A DNA stretch of 64,000 nt from Eledone cirrhosa (GCA_964016885.1 OZ024742.1:313100001-313164000); one strand, 5' to 3'; counted from the first letter of the stretch, positions 24,009 through 37,669 are shown. The notes: generated by a model not told the origin, from the letters alone. A program made the numbers and translations.

Positions 24009-24196
24009 GGTGGATTGGCAGTATCGGTAGAGGGTCGGACGCCATGCTTTGCAGCACAGTTACGTCCCTTTACGGACTGAGTTCAAATCCCGCCGAAGTT
24101 AACTTTGCCTTTCATCCTTACGGGGTCGATAAAATAAAGTACCAGTAATGTACTGGGGTAATTGCTGGCCTTGTGCCAAAAGTAGAAACAATTATT
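24009..24196 (+). mobile_element. Deu/Nin-like SINE
   Basis: Closely matches the reverse complement of 31836-32019. Confidence 0.85.
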
Positions 24197-25883
24197 GTTA
24201 TTGTTTTCTATTGTTATGTATATTTACTACAAATTTCATTATTGTCATCCCTTTTGTTTTCTCTTCAGTGATGTCCCCTTTCCTTCGCTCAAGGTAAACC
24301 CTTCCCTGTTGTTTTCTTTTGTTCTTGTATCATGAACAATAAATAACATACTGTCATCATTACAATCATCACCACCACTGCTGCCATGATGATGATGATG
24401 ATGATCATCATCATTATTTTTATCATCATCAACAACAGTATTATCACTGTCTATTTTCCATACTTGCATGGGTTGGACAGGCTGTTGCTTTTTAAATCTA
24501 GACCAATCAAGTGATCATGACTCACTCATATGTTCAATTTTGACTTAGTTTCTTTGGCTGGATGCCATTCCTAGAAATAACCACTTTGTAGCATGGACTG
24601 GGAGCATTTTATCATGTCACCAGCACTACCACCTTACTGTATGTACTATATATAAATAATTCTTCACCAAGAATATTTTGTTTACAAAACCTTTATAAAA
24701 AGACATTGTCTTTCATACCTTAGCATCAGAACATAAGCAAGTGAGTGTTGATGAAATGTAATGACAGTGAAATGCATGCATCCACCACTTTTACCCTGTG
24801 ACATGATTACAGCTTAAAATACTCACAGTGAGAGTTTATGTATACTTATTCTGGTATGGTCTCATAACTCCTGATAGAGTCGTAGGGGCACCGTATTGAC
24901 ATCCGGCGTCTCTTGGGCTTTTCAAGTCTGGCGGAGCCCATCCCTCTCCAGGCCTGAGTACAGTAGATTTCTTCCATAGACAGAAAGAAACGACCCCAGT
25001 ACTAGACTGGTACTTTTTTTTTCGACTTCGAAAGGATGAAAGGCAAAGTTTACTTCAGCGGAACGGATACCATAAAGTATTCTAGCCAATGTTCTAACGA
25101 CTCTGCCAATTCACCACCTATATCTGTTATACATAAACATATTGTATATAGGCCTTTATTAATAGATTTTAAAGGATTTTATCTTATTTTAATATTATTT
25201 TTACACTTTCATAATATGAATGCTTTGTTATCCAATATTATATTATTAGACCATCATAAAAATATGATTGATTAGTTATCCAATAAACTGATAAAGTCTG
25301 TAGTCAACAATTCGAATGCTGAAAATGGCAAAGCAACTAAAAATGTTATCTTTAGTTGCAATGAAAGAGGTTTTTCGTGATTCTGAAATATTAAATTTAT
25401 TGCCTGACTGTTGGAAGAATTCCTTGCAAATATATTTTCTAAAAAAAAATAAATAAAATTATGGGATTGGTTGTTAAGAACAGAAAACTTGGCTGTTCTC
25501 ATATATTGTATGAATATGTCACAGTTGGGATTCTTTAAAATAAAATATTTTCACATTTCTTCTAAGTGACAAATGTACAAATTTACCACCACATGTAGAC
25601 TTGGGAAAAAAAGTCAGTAAGGTTGTCTACGAAAAATCAAAAGCAAGAAACAAAAATAAAACTAAAAGAAAATTCTCACACAAATGTAAATACAGTGTAC
25701 CCCTGACATTCGTGGTCCCAGCATTCACATTCCTGACATTTGCAGTCCCAGCATTCAGGGTCTCAGTTATTCATGGAATTTTCCTTAGATCCTAACTAAT
25801 AATTGTTTGTGGAAACCACCGCATATTTGCAGAATTGTAAATATCTTCCGCGATTTTTTAATGTCTTTTTTAACACTATATTA

Positions 25884-26037
25884 CTGTATTTCCTGGTGGT
25901 GTCAAAGACGTTACTTTTTTCCTAAAATAAGTCTAAAAAATCTACCGTGCATCCTGTTTATTTTTTTTCAAATTTTTGGTTGTCAAAATTAGGGTGCGTC
26001 CTCGAGGACGAAGCATCGTTGGTGCTGGGAAATACGG
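25884..26037. mobile_element. pogo/Tc2-like MITE with TA TSD
   Basis: TA|CTGTATTTCC...GGAAATACGG|TA. Confidence 0.6.
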
Positions 26038-26329
26038 TATTAATAATAGTATAACATATTTGCCGGCCTATTGGACGCCGCTTCACACAAGATCTCCCTC
26101 TTTTTTTATTATATTTTACGTTATATTTTGACATTTATAGCCATTTTTATGGACCATGTCCAATATTCGCAGTTTTTCACTCTTCTCGGGTGCTTTATGA
26201 ACGTAATCCCCATGAATAATGGGGACAACTGTATATTAAATGAAACCAAAAAGAAAACTTTTGTTACAGTTTTTATTAAAATTAATGAAAACTAACCAAT
26301 ATGATTTTAAACATGGTTTACAGTTTAGT

Positions 26330-26491
26330 AAAATGAAACCAGCTATTGTCAGATATGGTGAATGAAGCAGAGCCTCAAATTAAGAATAGAATCAGTTTAG
26401 GGAATTCATGATTTTCTGCATCTTTTGTTACAGAGCAGATTACCAAATCAACAAGAAATATAAATTTTAAGTAAAATTATTGTAAACAAAA

Positions 26492-26525
<34 letters not shown>

Positions 26526-26880
26526 CATCGTTATTATTATTATGATTATTATTATTATTATTCATGAAGCTTCATTAATTTCAAGGAAATTTATGCTTGC
26601 AATGTTTTTGAAATATGAATTAGAAGTTTGTTCACCAAAAACGTTCCTTGATTTGGTGGAATTCGAAGCAACCACAGCAGAAAATATTTATAACATGTTA
26701 TAAGGAATATTTATAGAAAAATTTGATTGCATTTTTCTCTGTCAGGGCAAATTCCCCGCTTGGACGAACAGCTGGAGTTGCTACAAGATTAATTCTTAAA
26801 TTTCCAGACATTATAATTTGGCAGTGTATAAGTCATCGATTACAACCTTGTACACGATGATGTTATTAATGAGATAAATA
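26330..26880 (+). pseudogene. hAT-superfamily transposase fragment
   Basis: IIHEAS (DEST-like), FLDLVEFEATTAENIY, GVATRL..FPDII..CISHRL (CxxH); interrupted by a microsatellite. Confidence 0.65.
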
Positions 26881-26987
26881 GGTTCCGATTTTTTTTTGTT
26901 TTTTTGTACAAGACCAGGTTGACTAGTTATATGCCATGATATGAAAATAAAACAGTCCATCAGTATAATAAGTATTATGACACTACA

Positions 26988-27162
26988 ATGGGTTGGCAGT
27001 ATCGGCCCTTTATGTTCTGAGTTCAAACCCCGCCGGGGTTAGCTTTGCCTTTTATCCTTACAGGGTTGATAAAATAAAGTACCAGTAATGCAATGGGGTC
27101 GATTTAATTAACTTTCCTCTCCCCCAAAGTTGTTGGCCTTGTGCCTAAATCAGAAACTATTA
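26988..27162 (+). mobile_element. Deu/Nin-like SINE
   Basis: Family motifs. Confidence 0.75.
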
Positions 27163-28748
27163 TGACCCTAATGTGGTGAGTGACCAGAGGCTGCAGTATC
27201 GGGCAATTGAATAGAGAAAATATAGGGTTTGAAAGGACTCTTAAGACTGGTTGAGCATATGACAACCCCTTTAGTGCTGGTACCACATTAAAATGAATTG
27301 GTGTGACACCCCATATGTGGCAAGGCTAGACCTTTAAATTACAGGTCCTGTCCATCCAACAGACATCCACACAGTTTCCATCTGCCTAATTTTGTCTCAC
27401 AAGGCTTTGGTAAATCTAAGACAATGATAAATACAGGTGCCCAAGACCTCATGATTGTGAAGCAAACTTTCTAACCACTTAACTATGCTTGCATAAATAT
27501 ATGAAAGCTTGTGTTATGTAAGGAATTGGCCCCAAGAAAAGTTACGGAGCAAGTGTTTCTGTAAGATGTTGAAGAAGGACGGTTTATGTCAAAATAATTT
27601 AGTTTTAAATCTTCATGTCCTATATTATTAGCAAGACATTTTTGAAAAGTACAAAATATCACTATGACTACACCACATTAAAAATTAAAGTCTTTACTCT
27701 AATACTACACGTTTTCCCAATGATCTGCTTACAAGTAAATATAATACACACATTTGAATTAACAAACTTTTAAAATCATTTTAAGCTAAATAATTACAGG
27801 ATGTTAAGAGTTAAGTTTGGTGTTAATTAGGAAAGGTTGGAGTGGGTTGGAGTGGGTGGTAGGTAAATATTCTAGTTAAGGTAGAAGTTTGTTTTAGAGT
27901 TGCTATTCATTTTAGTTGATAGATAATCACATCCAATTTAAGTTTGTCTTTAAAGATAAACTTTGGGTCAAAACATAGTAATTGTAATTCTGTGTATAAG
28001 AAGGATCTGCTAGCAAGGGTTGTACAGGTCTACGTAGATCAAGTCAGTACTGCAGCAGTACTACTGACCTCCCAGACAAGCCAAGGAGCCTGCATCTTGC
28101 TTATGTATGGCCATACGTTCTATCGAATGCATGGGAGAAGCTATCATGTCTTGTGACACAAACTGAAGGACCCTCCCAACCCTTTGTTTAGCAAGCTTTC
28201 TATGGCTGGATGCCTTTCCTAACACCAATCACTTTACAGCATTTACTGGATACTTTTATCATGTTGATCACCAGTGTGGCTATTGTAGTTGTTGATGCTA
28301 TTGTGATAAAAATAAATAAATGTTATAGTATTTATTATAAATCCTGATTGACTTTGCTTGTAAGATGCTTCATATTGTGAACAAATCACAAAGAGTAGTA
28401 TTGGTTAAATACATCAGATAATTGTGGTTGTAAAAAGCTGAAAATTGGGTCAAGTTTAAATTTTAGCTATAAAAATTTAAGGAAATATTAATGGAGCAGT
28501 CAGTATAAGGAGGTGTCACAGAAGTTTCTTAATTATGAAATGATGTATGAAAGTTAGAACGTTATTAAAATCATTCAAACTAAGGTATTTAGGTAGATGA
28601 ATATTTCTGATAGTGTTAGAGATAACACCATGTTTCAAGTAAAGTTTTAAGCAGTTAATTTGCCAACTTGTCTTCACCTCTGTTCCTCTAGTAGATTGAA
28701 TAAATTCATCATGATAATAAATTTTGCTTGGCCTAGGTGTAATGACGT

Positions 28749-29563
28749 TTGGGATTATACTAAGGTATATCCTACTGTTTGTTGAGTGAGACGGAAGCCG
28801 GTCGGAGTATTGCTTAAAGCTTTCTCTGTTAATGTATTAAATATTATACTCTTGATTTGGCCAGAGATGAATATTTCCAGATACTTTTTCGGTATGACTT
28901 TCTGTATTTATTCTTTGTATGAAATATTGATTGTTTTTCCGGTATCTTGTCTCTGTTTTTAGCCTAAGAAAATACCTATATGCGTGTATAAATAATACAT
29001 GCATATATTTATTTTTTATATCCAATTGAGTTCTTCACGCATGGTTAAAATTATTGAAAGAATTAATTGATCTGCATGCATATTATTTTATTCTTTTATG
29101 TTTTGCGATGACCTCCCCTTCCCTGCTTGGTGTCGGTGTGAGATTTCTCATTGTGAGACAGCTGGAATTTCAAATTTGGCGGTCACTCTAGCATGGACGG
29201 GTACCATTGCTGAATATTAATATCGGTAAGGTTTTTTTTATATCGATATTGTCGAGCATCCACTGATGATTTATAAGTGCCCACCTACATATATTCCTAT
29301 GGACTATGTGTAGGCTTCTACATAACCTGGACATTATTTTCCCAATTTGTAGAAAACTTATAATGAAACGATCGTTTGGAAAGAGAGATGTATTTAATTA
29401 TGTCTCATATAAAATAATACAACTGGCTATCCACAAAATACATATAGTTAGCACCCCAAACGTATAATTGGGATTATACTAAGGTATATCCTAATGTTTG
29501 TTGAGTGAGACGGAAGCCGGTCGGAGTATTGCTTAAAGCTTTCTCTGTTAATGTATTAAATAT
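28749..29563 (+). mobile_element. 719-bp hammerhead-bearing monomer with 96-bp terminal direct redundancy (retrozyme/Penelope-like)
   Basis: 28749-28844 repeated at 29468-29563; hammerhead at 29259-29380; no convincing ORF. Confidence 0.75.
29259..29380 (+). ncRNA. Type I hammerhead with extended, branched stem II (second copy)
   Basis: TCCA-CTGATGA-T TTATAAG..CTTATAA T-GAAA-CGATCG-TT-TGGA. Confidence 0.65.
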
Positions 29564-29703
29564 AATGCTTGTATGAAATATTGTGAAATAAATAATATTT
29601 AAGAAATCTGCTACAATAAAAATTTGAAATAAAAGAATGAAAACAAGTAAAACTAAAGCAAAAGAAGAGCAATGGCTTGCACTTTTAATTTCTGTTTCAC
29701 TAT

Positions 29704-31065
29704 TCAGATGTAGTGTGCAGGAGTGAAGACTATGCTGGTATGGTCATGTGATGCATATGATGAAAAAAGTGCAAAGAAACCCCAGTGGAAGGGAGCTACA
29801 GTAGAGGGAGGGCAAGACCTAGGCAGAAGTTGTAAAAGCTTATCCAAAATCACTTAAGCTCACAGAGGAGATGACAAAGGACTGCAGTGAGTAGAGAGAT
29901 GTGCTGGAAAGGATTGTCCAACCCATGAAGACGAGAAAACAGAACCCAGATCCCCTCAGGGAAATGGCCTTGCTCAGTATGTAGGAAAGGTGTAGGTAGG
30001 AATTCCATTCTCTGCCCCAAAGGCAAACAATGGGTACACAAGAGATGTAGCGGGATCTCAGGAAGCTTAATTAAGAATGTAGGCTTCACATGCAGCAGCT
30101 GTGCTGAGACAGCAAACAGCAAACAGCCACAGGAAACAAGTACCACCAATCTCTGGGAGGGCTCTGTAGAAACAGTAGACAGCTTCTGCTACCTAGGTGA
30201 CCGAATTAGCAGCGGAGGTGGGTGTTCAGAAAGTACAATAACTAGGGTAAGAACGGGATGGAAGAAGTTTAGGGAACTACTACCACTGCTAGCTGCAAAA
30301 GGCTTCTCCCTCAGAATGAAAGGCAGACTGTATGATGCGTGTATCCGAACAGCAATGTTGCATGGTAGTGAGACCTGGGCGCTGAAGGTCACTTACGTAG
30401 ATTAGAGAGAAACGAAGCCTGCATGCTCCGATGGATGTGTAACAGTAATATATGTGAACGACAAAGCATAAATGAATTGAGAGAGAGACTGAGCATAAGA
30501 GAAATCAAATGCTGTGTGCAGGAGAGGCGATTGCGCTGGTATGGACATGTGATGCGTATGAAGGATGACAGCTGCATAAAAAGGTGCAGAGCACTAGAAG
30601 TTGATGGAAACTGCGGAGTGGGGAGACCCAAGATGACCTGGGTTGAGGTGATAAAAGCCGACCTTACCCAATTACACCTCTCAAAGGCAATGACACACGA
30701 CCGTGACCGCTGGCGTCACGCAGTAATACAGAGTACCCAACCTCCCATGGGTACAAGCTGAAGCATATAGACAATATGGCCCCACACCCCCCACCGCAAG
30801 GTGGTCGTGGAGGTGCCACGGCAAAAAAGCACCCAGCCCACACTGTAAAGTGGACGTGTAGGCGCCATGAAAAAGCACCCAGCACTCACTGTAAATGAGG
30901 TTGGTGTTAGGAAGGGCATCCAGCTGTAGAAATCAAGCCAAATCAGTTCCTGTATGAGCAAGGCATGATCAGCTGACCAGACACTGCCCACAACAGGACA
31001 ACCCGTCTAACCCATGCTAGCGTGGAAGAACGGACGTAAAACGGTGATGATGATGATGATGATGA
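29704..31065 (+). mobile_element. RTE-clade LINE 3' part with 3' UTR and (GAT)n tail, preceded by an older RTE fragment
   Basis: KWPCSVCRKGVGRNS, YLGD, MLHGSETW, RLRWYGHVMRM, GRPKMTW. Confidence 0.9.
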
Positions 31066-31835
31066 AAGCATGGAAAGACATAAAATGGTGATGATGATAA
31101 TATTTGAGGGTTAAAACCCCTTTTAACAGAATTGTTAGTCTGTATAGCTGGTCATGTGTTGATTCGTTTATGCATGATTATTTTTTTTTATTTTTTTTAT
31201 GAGTAATTGAAGTTAGGGAAGTAATTTTCCCAACATATTGGTATCAAGTGATTAGACCAACAAGGAAACATGGCTGCTAATTATATATTTATTTGTAGCC
31301 AAGGAATGCTATAAATTCTTATGATGAACAATAACACATCAGAACACTTTAAAATAGCAACAAGCATAATGTTTTCATTAACATTATATTAAAATGTAAT
31401 TTTTTAGTTAGGAGTGGTTGTACTTGTAAATGCAATGTGATGTATCATAGAGATTTTTTTCAAAAGGGAGAGACTAAATGTGTGAATGCAGAGATGAGTA
31501 AGAGATATAGTTTTGTTGTCTGCTGTATTACTGACCAGTTGCCAGACAAAATAGCCAAGCCTCTTTTAACCAAAATCTGCAGTCACTTGATAGCAAGAAT
31601 GCTCTCAGCACCACCTTTTATATAAAAATATGATCCTTCAATGTACCTAGTAACCTACTAGAAATTGCTAAATGCATATAAGAAAATACAGTGTAGTTTT
31701 ATAAAACAACAATTACAAAATGTGGTTTCACTACACCAGACCTACCAACATCTAGAAATCCAAACGAGGAATACCATGAAAAAAAGTGCCCCAAAACGGG
31801 GATAAATGAAGCAAAATGAGGAGGTTTTACATAAT

Positions 31836-32019
31836 TGTTTCTACTTTAGGCACAACGCCAGCAATTACCCAGTGCATTACTGGTACTTTATTTTATCGAC
31901 CCCGTAAGGATGAAAGGCAAAGTCAACCTCGGCGGGATTTGAACTCAGATCGTAAAGGGACGTAACTATGCTGGAAAGCATGGCGTCCGACCCTCTACCG
32001 ATACTGCCAATCCACCGCC
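31836..32019 (-). mobile_element. Full-length Deu/Nin-like SINE with 12-bp TSD
   Basis: GTTTTACATAAT at 31824-31835 and 32020-32031. Confidence 0.9.
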
Positions 32020-32319
32020 GTTTTACATAATAAAAGCTATACCCATTTTCTCAAGAGAAGACATCTCTCACCCACCCCAAAGTGGGTGGGAGATCTCCCC
32101 ATCGGACGGGGGAGAGTTGACAGGTCTGACTACACCCTTATCAAGAAAATGCACAGATCAAAATAATCAAGTAGTTAGTTTTCAAACATTAACACTAGAA
32201 GAGCTTCAGCATATATAAACTTTGTTCAAACACTAACACTAGAAAAAGAGCTGAAGCATATGCAGACTTTGCTCAAATCAACTATGTTGTTTATTGACAG
32301 ATTTAGTTTATTCAACAGG

Positions 32320-33577
32320 ATAGCCTGCCCCTGGTTCTACAATACAACATTTTGTTTTAAAGTGTTTAACACCATCATCATTTTATATTCACTTTACTTG
32401 CTGACGTAGATTGGATATCATATTTATCTAAACACCTTCCATCATAATTTTATGCTTCTAACACCAGCTTAATAATGGGGAAGCTGTTTATATTACTACT
32501 TATTTTACTAAAGTCTTTATTATATTAAAACTGATTCGAAAATCATATGGCAGTGTCTCTCATTAGAAATATGCTAATGAAAAGGTTAATCTTTAAATTT
32601 CAATATTTCTTTCGGTGGCTCTAATAATAACCGTTATATCCTGCTTATAACAACTCTCCAGATGTTTTTAATGGAGGAAGCATTTGTATAAATGTGCTAT
32701 TTAATGCAGATGTGCCATTTACAAATGGTGCTACTGATGTAGATCCACTACATTTATTACAATCTATAGGCCTGTGAATATATGCTTTAACTTTGTCTAT
32801 TAATATTTCAATATGCATTGAAGAAAGTAAGGTTTTATGGTTCGAAATACCTCTTTCTGGTGTTAATCATTCTATTATCAACCCCGTGGATACCAAACCA
32901 CATGAAACCATCCCTGGTTCTGTGTTAGAAAACTGTTTACTTTAAACTGATTATATTTATCTAAAAACCATCCATCACAATTGATTAAATTATGTTCCAA
33001 ATACCAACTTAATATTGAGAAAGTTAAAGGTAGTTATATTACTAAATCCCTTTGAACTTTTGATTATTTTCAAAATTATTTGAAAACCATAGGCAATGTC
33101 TTTCATTAAATATATGGTAATGAAAGGGTTAAATAGAACCAAATCAGTTACTTCTTAGAATCGGTAGAGCACGGGTTTAATGTGTTGTGTTTATTTGCCT
33201 CTCTGTAAATTCTCATTTCAAATTCTGCTGATGTACTGTTTGCCTTTCATCTTTTTGATTTAAAAAAATGCCACTTAAATACTGGAATTGATTTAATAAA
33301 CTTTTCATTTCTACAGATTATATATGGCCTTGTATCAACAGAAGAAATTATTTACCCTATTGATACCAGCCAGCCTAAAGCCAGCTTTCATTCTATGAAA
33401 TAAAACTATTCAAGTTCAAGGATTCTTATCCATTTAAACTTTTCCAACATAACTTGACATAAAACCTTTTAATAAGTTATTAATAATGTTAGTAAATCCC
33501 TCAAAATTCTTAATTAATTAATGAATTAATTAATACACAGTGTATTTCATGAGAAATATGATAAGGAGAGAGTTAAA
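32320..33577. mobile_element. Three degenerate copies of a ~250-bp piggyBac-like MITE plus a decayed SINE
   Basis: Ends AAAGGTTAA, AAGGGTTAA and AGAGTTAA at ~32589, ~33132 and ~33577; shared body, also seen at 51645-52427. Confidence 0.5.
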
Positions 33578-33766
33578 TAGAACTGGTATCAATCTTTGAT
33601 TTTTAGATTTGCAGGTCTTATTCAATGTTATGTTATGTAGTCAGTAGAAAAACGTCCAACTTAAATCTACAGACCAGGTTTAGGGCACCATAACAATTTA
33701 GCACCTGTTTATAAGAGTGTGTATATGTGTGTGTATATATGTGCATATATATATGTGTGTGTGTAT

Positions 33767-34110
33767 CAGAGGCATAACTAGGGAAAATAGTACCTATGGC
33801 AAGCAGTGAAATTGTGCCCTTGCCCAGCACTGTATTTTTACCTATGGAGGCCTAATAATTTATGATGCCTAATAATTATGAGGCCTAATAATTTATTTTT
33901 ACCTATGGAGGCCTAATAGTTTAATGATCCAGCCACCATAGTGTTCTCACTCATGATAGAGACAGATCATACATCTGAAGGAGTTTCTTTTTTCACATTC
34001 CGAAGAGACTTATTTGACTTTAATAGAACGTGCTCCTAGTCCAAGTGGTGCCTCCTTCATGTGGGGCCCATTGCACATACCATGCTTGCCATACCCTAGT
34101 CACACTTTTG
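33767..34110. mobile_element. Degenerate hAT-like MITE
   Basis: CAGAGGCATAACTAGGG..TATGGCAAGC / GCTTGCCATACCCTAGTCACAC inverted ends. Confidence 0.45.
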
Positions 34111-34892
34111 GTGTGTGTGTGTGTGTGTGCACCTTGTATGTTTTTGAGTTCTAGAGAGTTCTAGATCTGCCCTAACCAGATAGACCTACAACCAAATGTA
34201 AACAATCCATAACAATTTTCTCTTATCCCCATCCAGGAATAATGTATCCCATACTACATTATCCAATGTATCTTTTTTAAGAAGGTAGGTTATGGTTTGA
34301 GGAAGATTTGGCTGTGATGTCTTGCAGGTCAAGTAATTACATAAAGGCCATCTCATTTACTTGTGGCTTCAACTAACATGATAACCTTTTATTATTTTCA
34401 TTAGATAAATCATGAAATAAATATTATTATTATCATTATTATTGGGAAAATGATAATGGTGATGATAATAATAACAGCAATGTCTGGATGAAACAAATAG
34501 AAAATGAATGAAATAAAAATAAAGAATTCTAAGCTTTCCTATCAGTTAATATGTAGCTTAATAGTTGTGGTTATTTTAGTCTGTGACAAACACAGAGTTT
34601 CTTGGACTTCTGATATCTCTGACTTACTAATCACACTCTTGTTATCAAAAATGGCTGCAAGAATAAAAATGCTTAGCAATCTAAAGTGGCTTCAGTTGAA
34701 AGTTTATTGCACAAGACCACATTCTTCGTAAATTACTTAATGACGTGGTGGAAGTTATCATACAACGAAAGATATTCTTAGTTTAACAATATACTGGCCT
34801 TTTATGAAGGAAAAACAAATCTCTGTGTACGATATCTTTCTTCTTATAATCCTCTCACCGAGAAACAAGATTCCTACATTAATGTGTATGCG

Positions 34893-34929
34893 TACACACA
34901 CACACACACATACACATATATAAATATAA

Positions 34930-34992
<63 letters not shown>

Positions 34993-35015
34993 AATAGATA
35001 GATATATATATATAA

Positions 35016-35081
<66 letters not shown>

Positions 35082-35257
35082 ATATTTCTATATATAAATA
35101 TATATATGTATACAAATATATATATGTATATAAATATATATATGTATATAAATATATATATATATGTATATAAATATATGTATATAAATATATATATATA
35201 TGTATATATATATATATGTATATAAATATATATATATATGTATATAAGTATATATAT
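34893..35257. repeat. (TA)n-rich microsatellite
   Basis: Direct reading. Confidence 0.95.
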
Positions 35258-37115
35258 CATCATCATCATCATCATCAGGTTTAGCGTCCGTGTTCCACGC
35301 TTGCATGGGTTTGGACGGGGGTTTTCCCACTTGAGGCAAGAGTGGTTGTCTTGCTCGCATAGGACTGTCTGGCGGGTTTTCTACAGTTGGATGCCCTTCC
35401 TAACACCAACCACATTTACAGTGTGGGGCTGGGAGGTTTTTACCGTGTTGCCTACACGGCCACATTACAGCGTGGACTGTCTGGCGGGTTTTCTACAGCT
35501 GGATGCCCTTCCTAACACCAACCACATTTACAGTGTGGGGCTGGGAGGTTTTTACCGTGTTGCCTACACGGCCACATTTACAGCGTGGACTGTGTGTTTT
35601 TTGTCGTGACACCTACACGATCTCATTTGTTTCGGCCTGGATGTTGTGGGACCAACATAACTTTACATTGAAAGGGGCGGTGTGGGTGGGGTGGAGGTGG
35701 TGGGACGGGGGTGTGTTTTGATAGAGATGCCTACTGACTGTAGTAGGTTTTTACTTTGTATTTAGGTAAGGCGGGTCTTCTCTATTACTGAGTACCGCCA
35801 AAGGTCTCGGTCCAGTGACATTGTCTTGGAGAGGTGTAAGCGTGTGAGGTCGGAATTTATCAGCTCGTCCCATGTTTTTCTGGGTCTGCCTACTCCGTGG
35901 CTACCGTCTATCTTTATTGCCCTGCACTTTGTTATACAGCTGTCGTCTTTCATGCGCATCACGTGACCGTACCAACGTAGCCTTCTCTCGAGTAAACAAC
36001 ATCTGATCCCTCATATTTCTAATTTTTTCCTTAGTTCGTTTATGCTTTGCCGTTCACGTATATTACTATTGCACATCCAGCAGAGCATCCAAGCTTCGTT
36101 CCTCTCTAGTCTGCGTATATCCTCTGCACACAATGCCCAGGTCTCACTGCCATGCAGCATTGCTGTTCGTATGCAGGCATCGTATAACCTGCCTTTCATT
36201 TTTAGGGAGAACCCTCTAGCGGCTAATAGTGGTATAAGCTCTCTGAACTTTTTCCATCCAGTTCTGACTCTAGCTACTGTACTTTCAGAGCACCCTCCCC
36301 CACTGCTGATTTTGTCACCCAGGTAACGGAAGCTGTCCACTATTTCTATAGAACCCTCTGCGCAGTTGAAGGAGCTAGTATTTTGTGGGCACTTGCTGCT
36401 ACTTATTGCACCAGAGCACCGGCCACATGTAAAATCTATGTTCTTAGTTAGCTTACCTGTGATCCCACTACATCTTTTATGAACCCATACTTTGCATTTG
36501 GGACATAAAATGGAGTTTCTACCTACGCCTTTCCTACACACTGAGCATGGCCATTTCCCAGATGGGACTGCCGCCTTATTTTCTTTCCTACAAACTAGAA
36601 CTTTAGTCTTAGCCAGGTTAATTTTAAGGCCTTTTGATTCTAAGCCGTGCTTCCATGTTTGGAATTTCTTCTCTAGTTCGGTCATTGATTCAGCTATGAG
36701 CGTTAGATCATCTGCGTGTAGGAGTTCCCATGGGCAGCCGGTCTTGAATCCTCTGTTATAGCCTGAAGGGCAATAATAAATAGTAGGGGGCTAAGAACAG
36801 AGCCCTGATGGACACCAACTTTTACGCTAAACTCTTCACTATATTCGTTGTTAATTCTAACCTTACTGACTGTTTCTTTATACATGGCTTGTATAGCTCT
36901 CACAAGCCATTCGTCAACACCTAGTTTTCTAAGAGCCCACCAGATAATGGAACGGGGGACTCTGTCGAAGGCTTTCTCCAAGTCGACGAAAGCTAAGTAT
37001 AGGGGTTTACTTTTAGCTAGGTACTTCTCCTGTAGTTGTCGTACAATGAAAAGAGCGTCTGTGGTACTTTTGCCTGACACAAACACGAACTGCATTTCAT
37101 CTAGATCGATTCTAC
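35258..37115 (-). mobile_element. 5'-truncated RTE-clade LINE: RT with embedded PHD-like finger, 3' UTR, (GAT)n tail
   Basis: RQLQEKY, FVDLEKAFD, GVHQGSVLSP, YADD (frameshifted), C4HC3 pattern, FRYLG, WYGHV. Confidence 0.92.
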
Positions 37116-37209
37116 ATGTATTTATATATATGTGTATATATATATATATCTTCATCATTTTATGTCCACTCTTCATTTTATGTCCACATTTTATGTCCAC
37201 ATTTTATGT

Positions 37210-37669
37210 TTACACCCCCGTCCCACCACCCCCACCCCATCCACACCGCCCCTTTCAATGTAAAGTTATGTTGGTGCCACAAAATCCAGGCCGAAACAAA
37301 TGAGATCGTGTAGGTGTCACGACAAAAAAACACACAGTCCACGCTGTAATGTGACCGTGTAGGCAACACGGTAAAAACGTCCCAGTCCCACACTGTAAAT
37401 GTGGTTGGTGTTAGGAAGGGCACCCAGCTGTAGAAAACCTGCCAGACAGTCCACGCTGTAATGTGGCCGTGTAGGCAACACGGTAAAAACCTCCCAGCCC
37501 CACACTGTAAATGTGGTTGGTGTTAGGAAGGGCATCCAACTGTAGAAAACCCGCCAGACAGTCCTATGCGAGCAAGACAACCACTCTTGCCTCAAGTGGG
37601 AAAACTCCCGTCCAAACCCATGCAAGCATGGAACACGGACGTTAAACGATGATGATGATGATGATGATG
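37210..37669 (+). mobile_element. RTE 3' UTR/tail copy inverted relative to 35258-35715
   Basis: Reverse-complement match, including the same internal ~115-bp duplication. Confidence 0.88.

Noticed and set aside
24719-24795. Possible minus-strand exon (CAG|...AAG|GTATGA)
   Set aside because: Weak acceptor, unrecognised peptide; such sites arise by chance
32640-32830. Possible short host exon (open on both strands, AG/GT sites nearby)
   Set aside because: No recognisable protein; needs RNA-seq or homology
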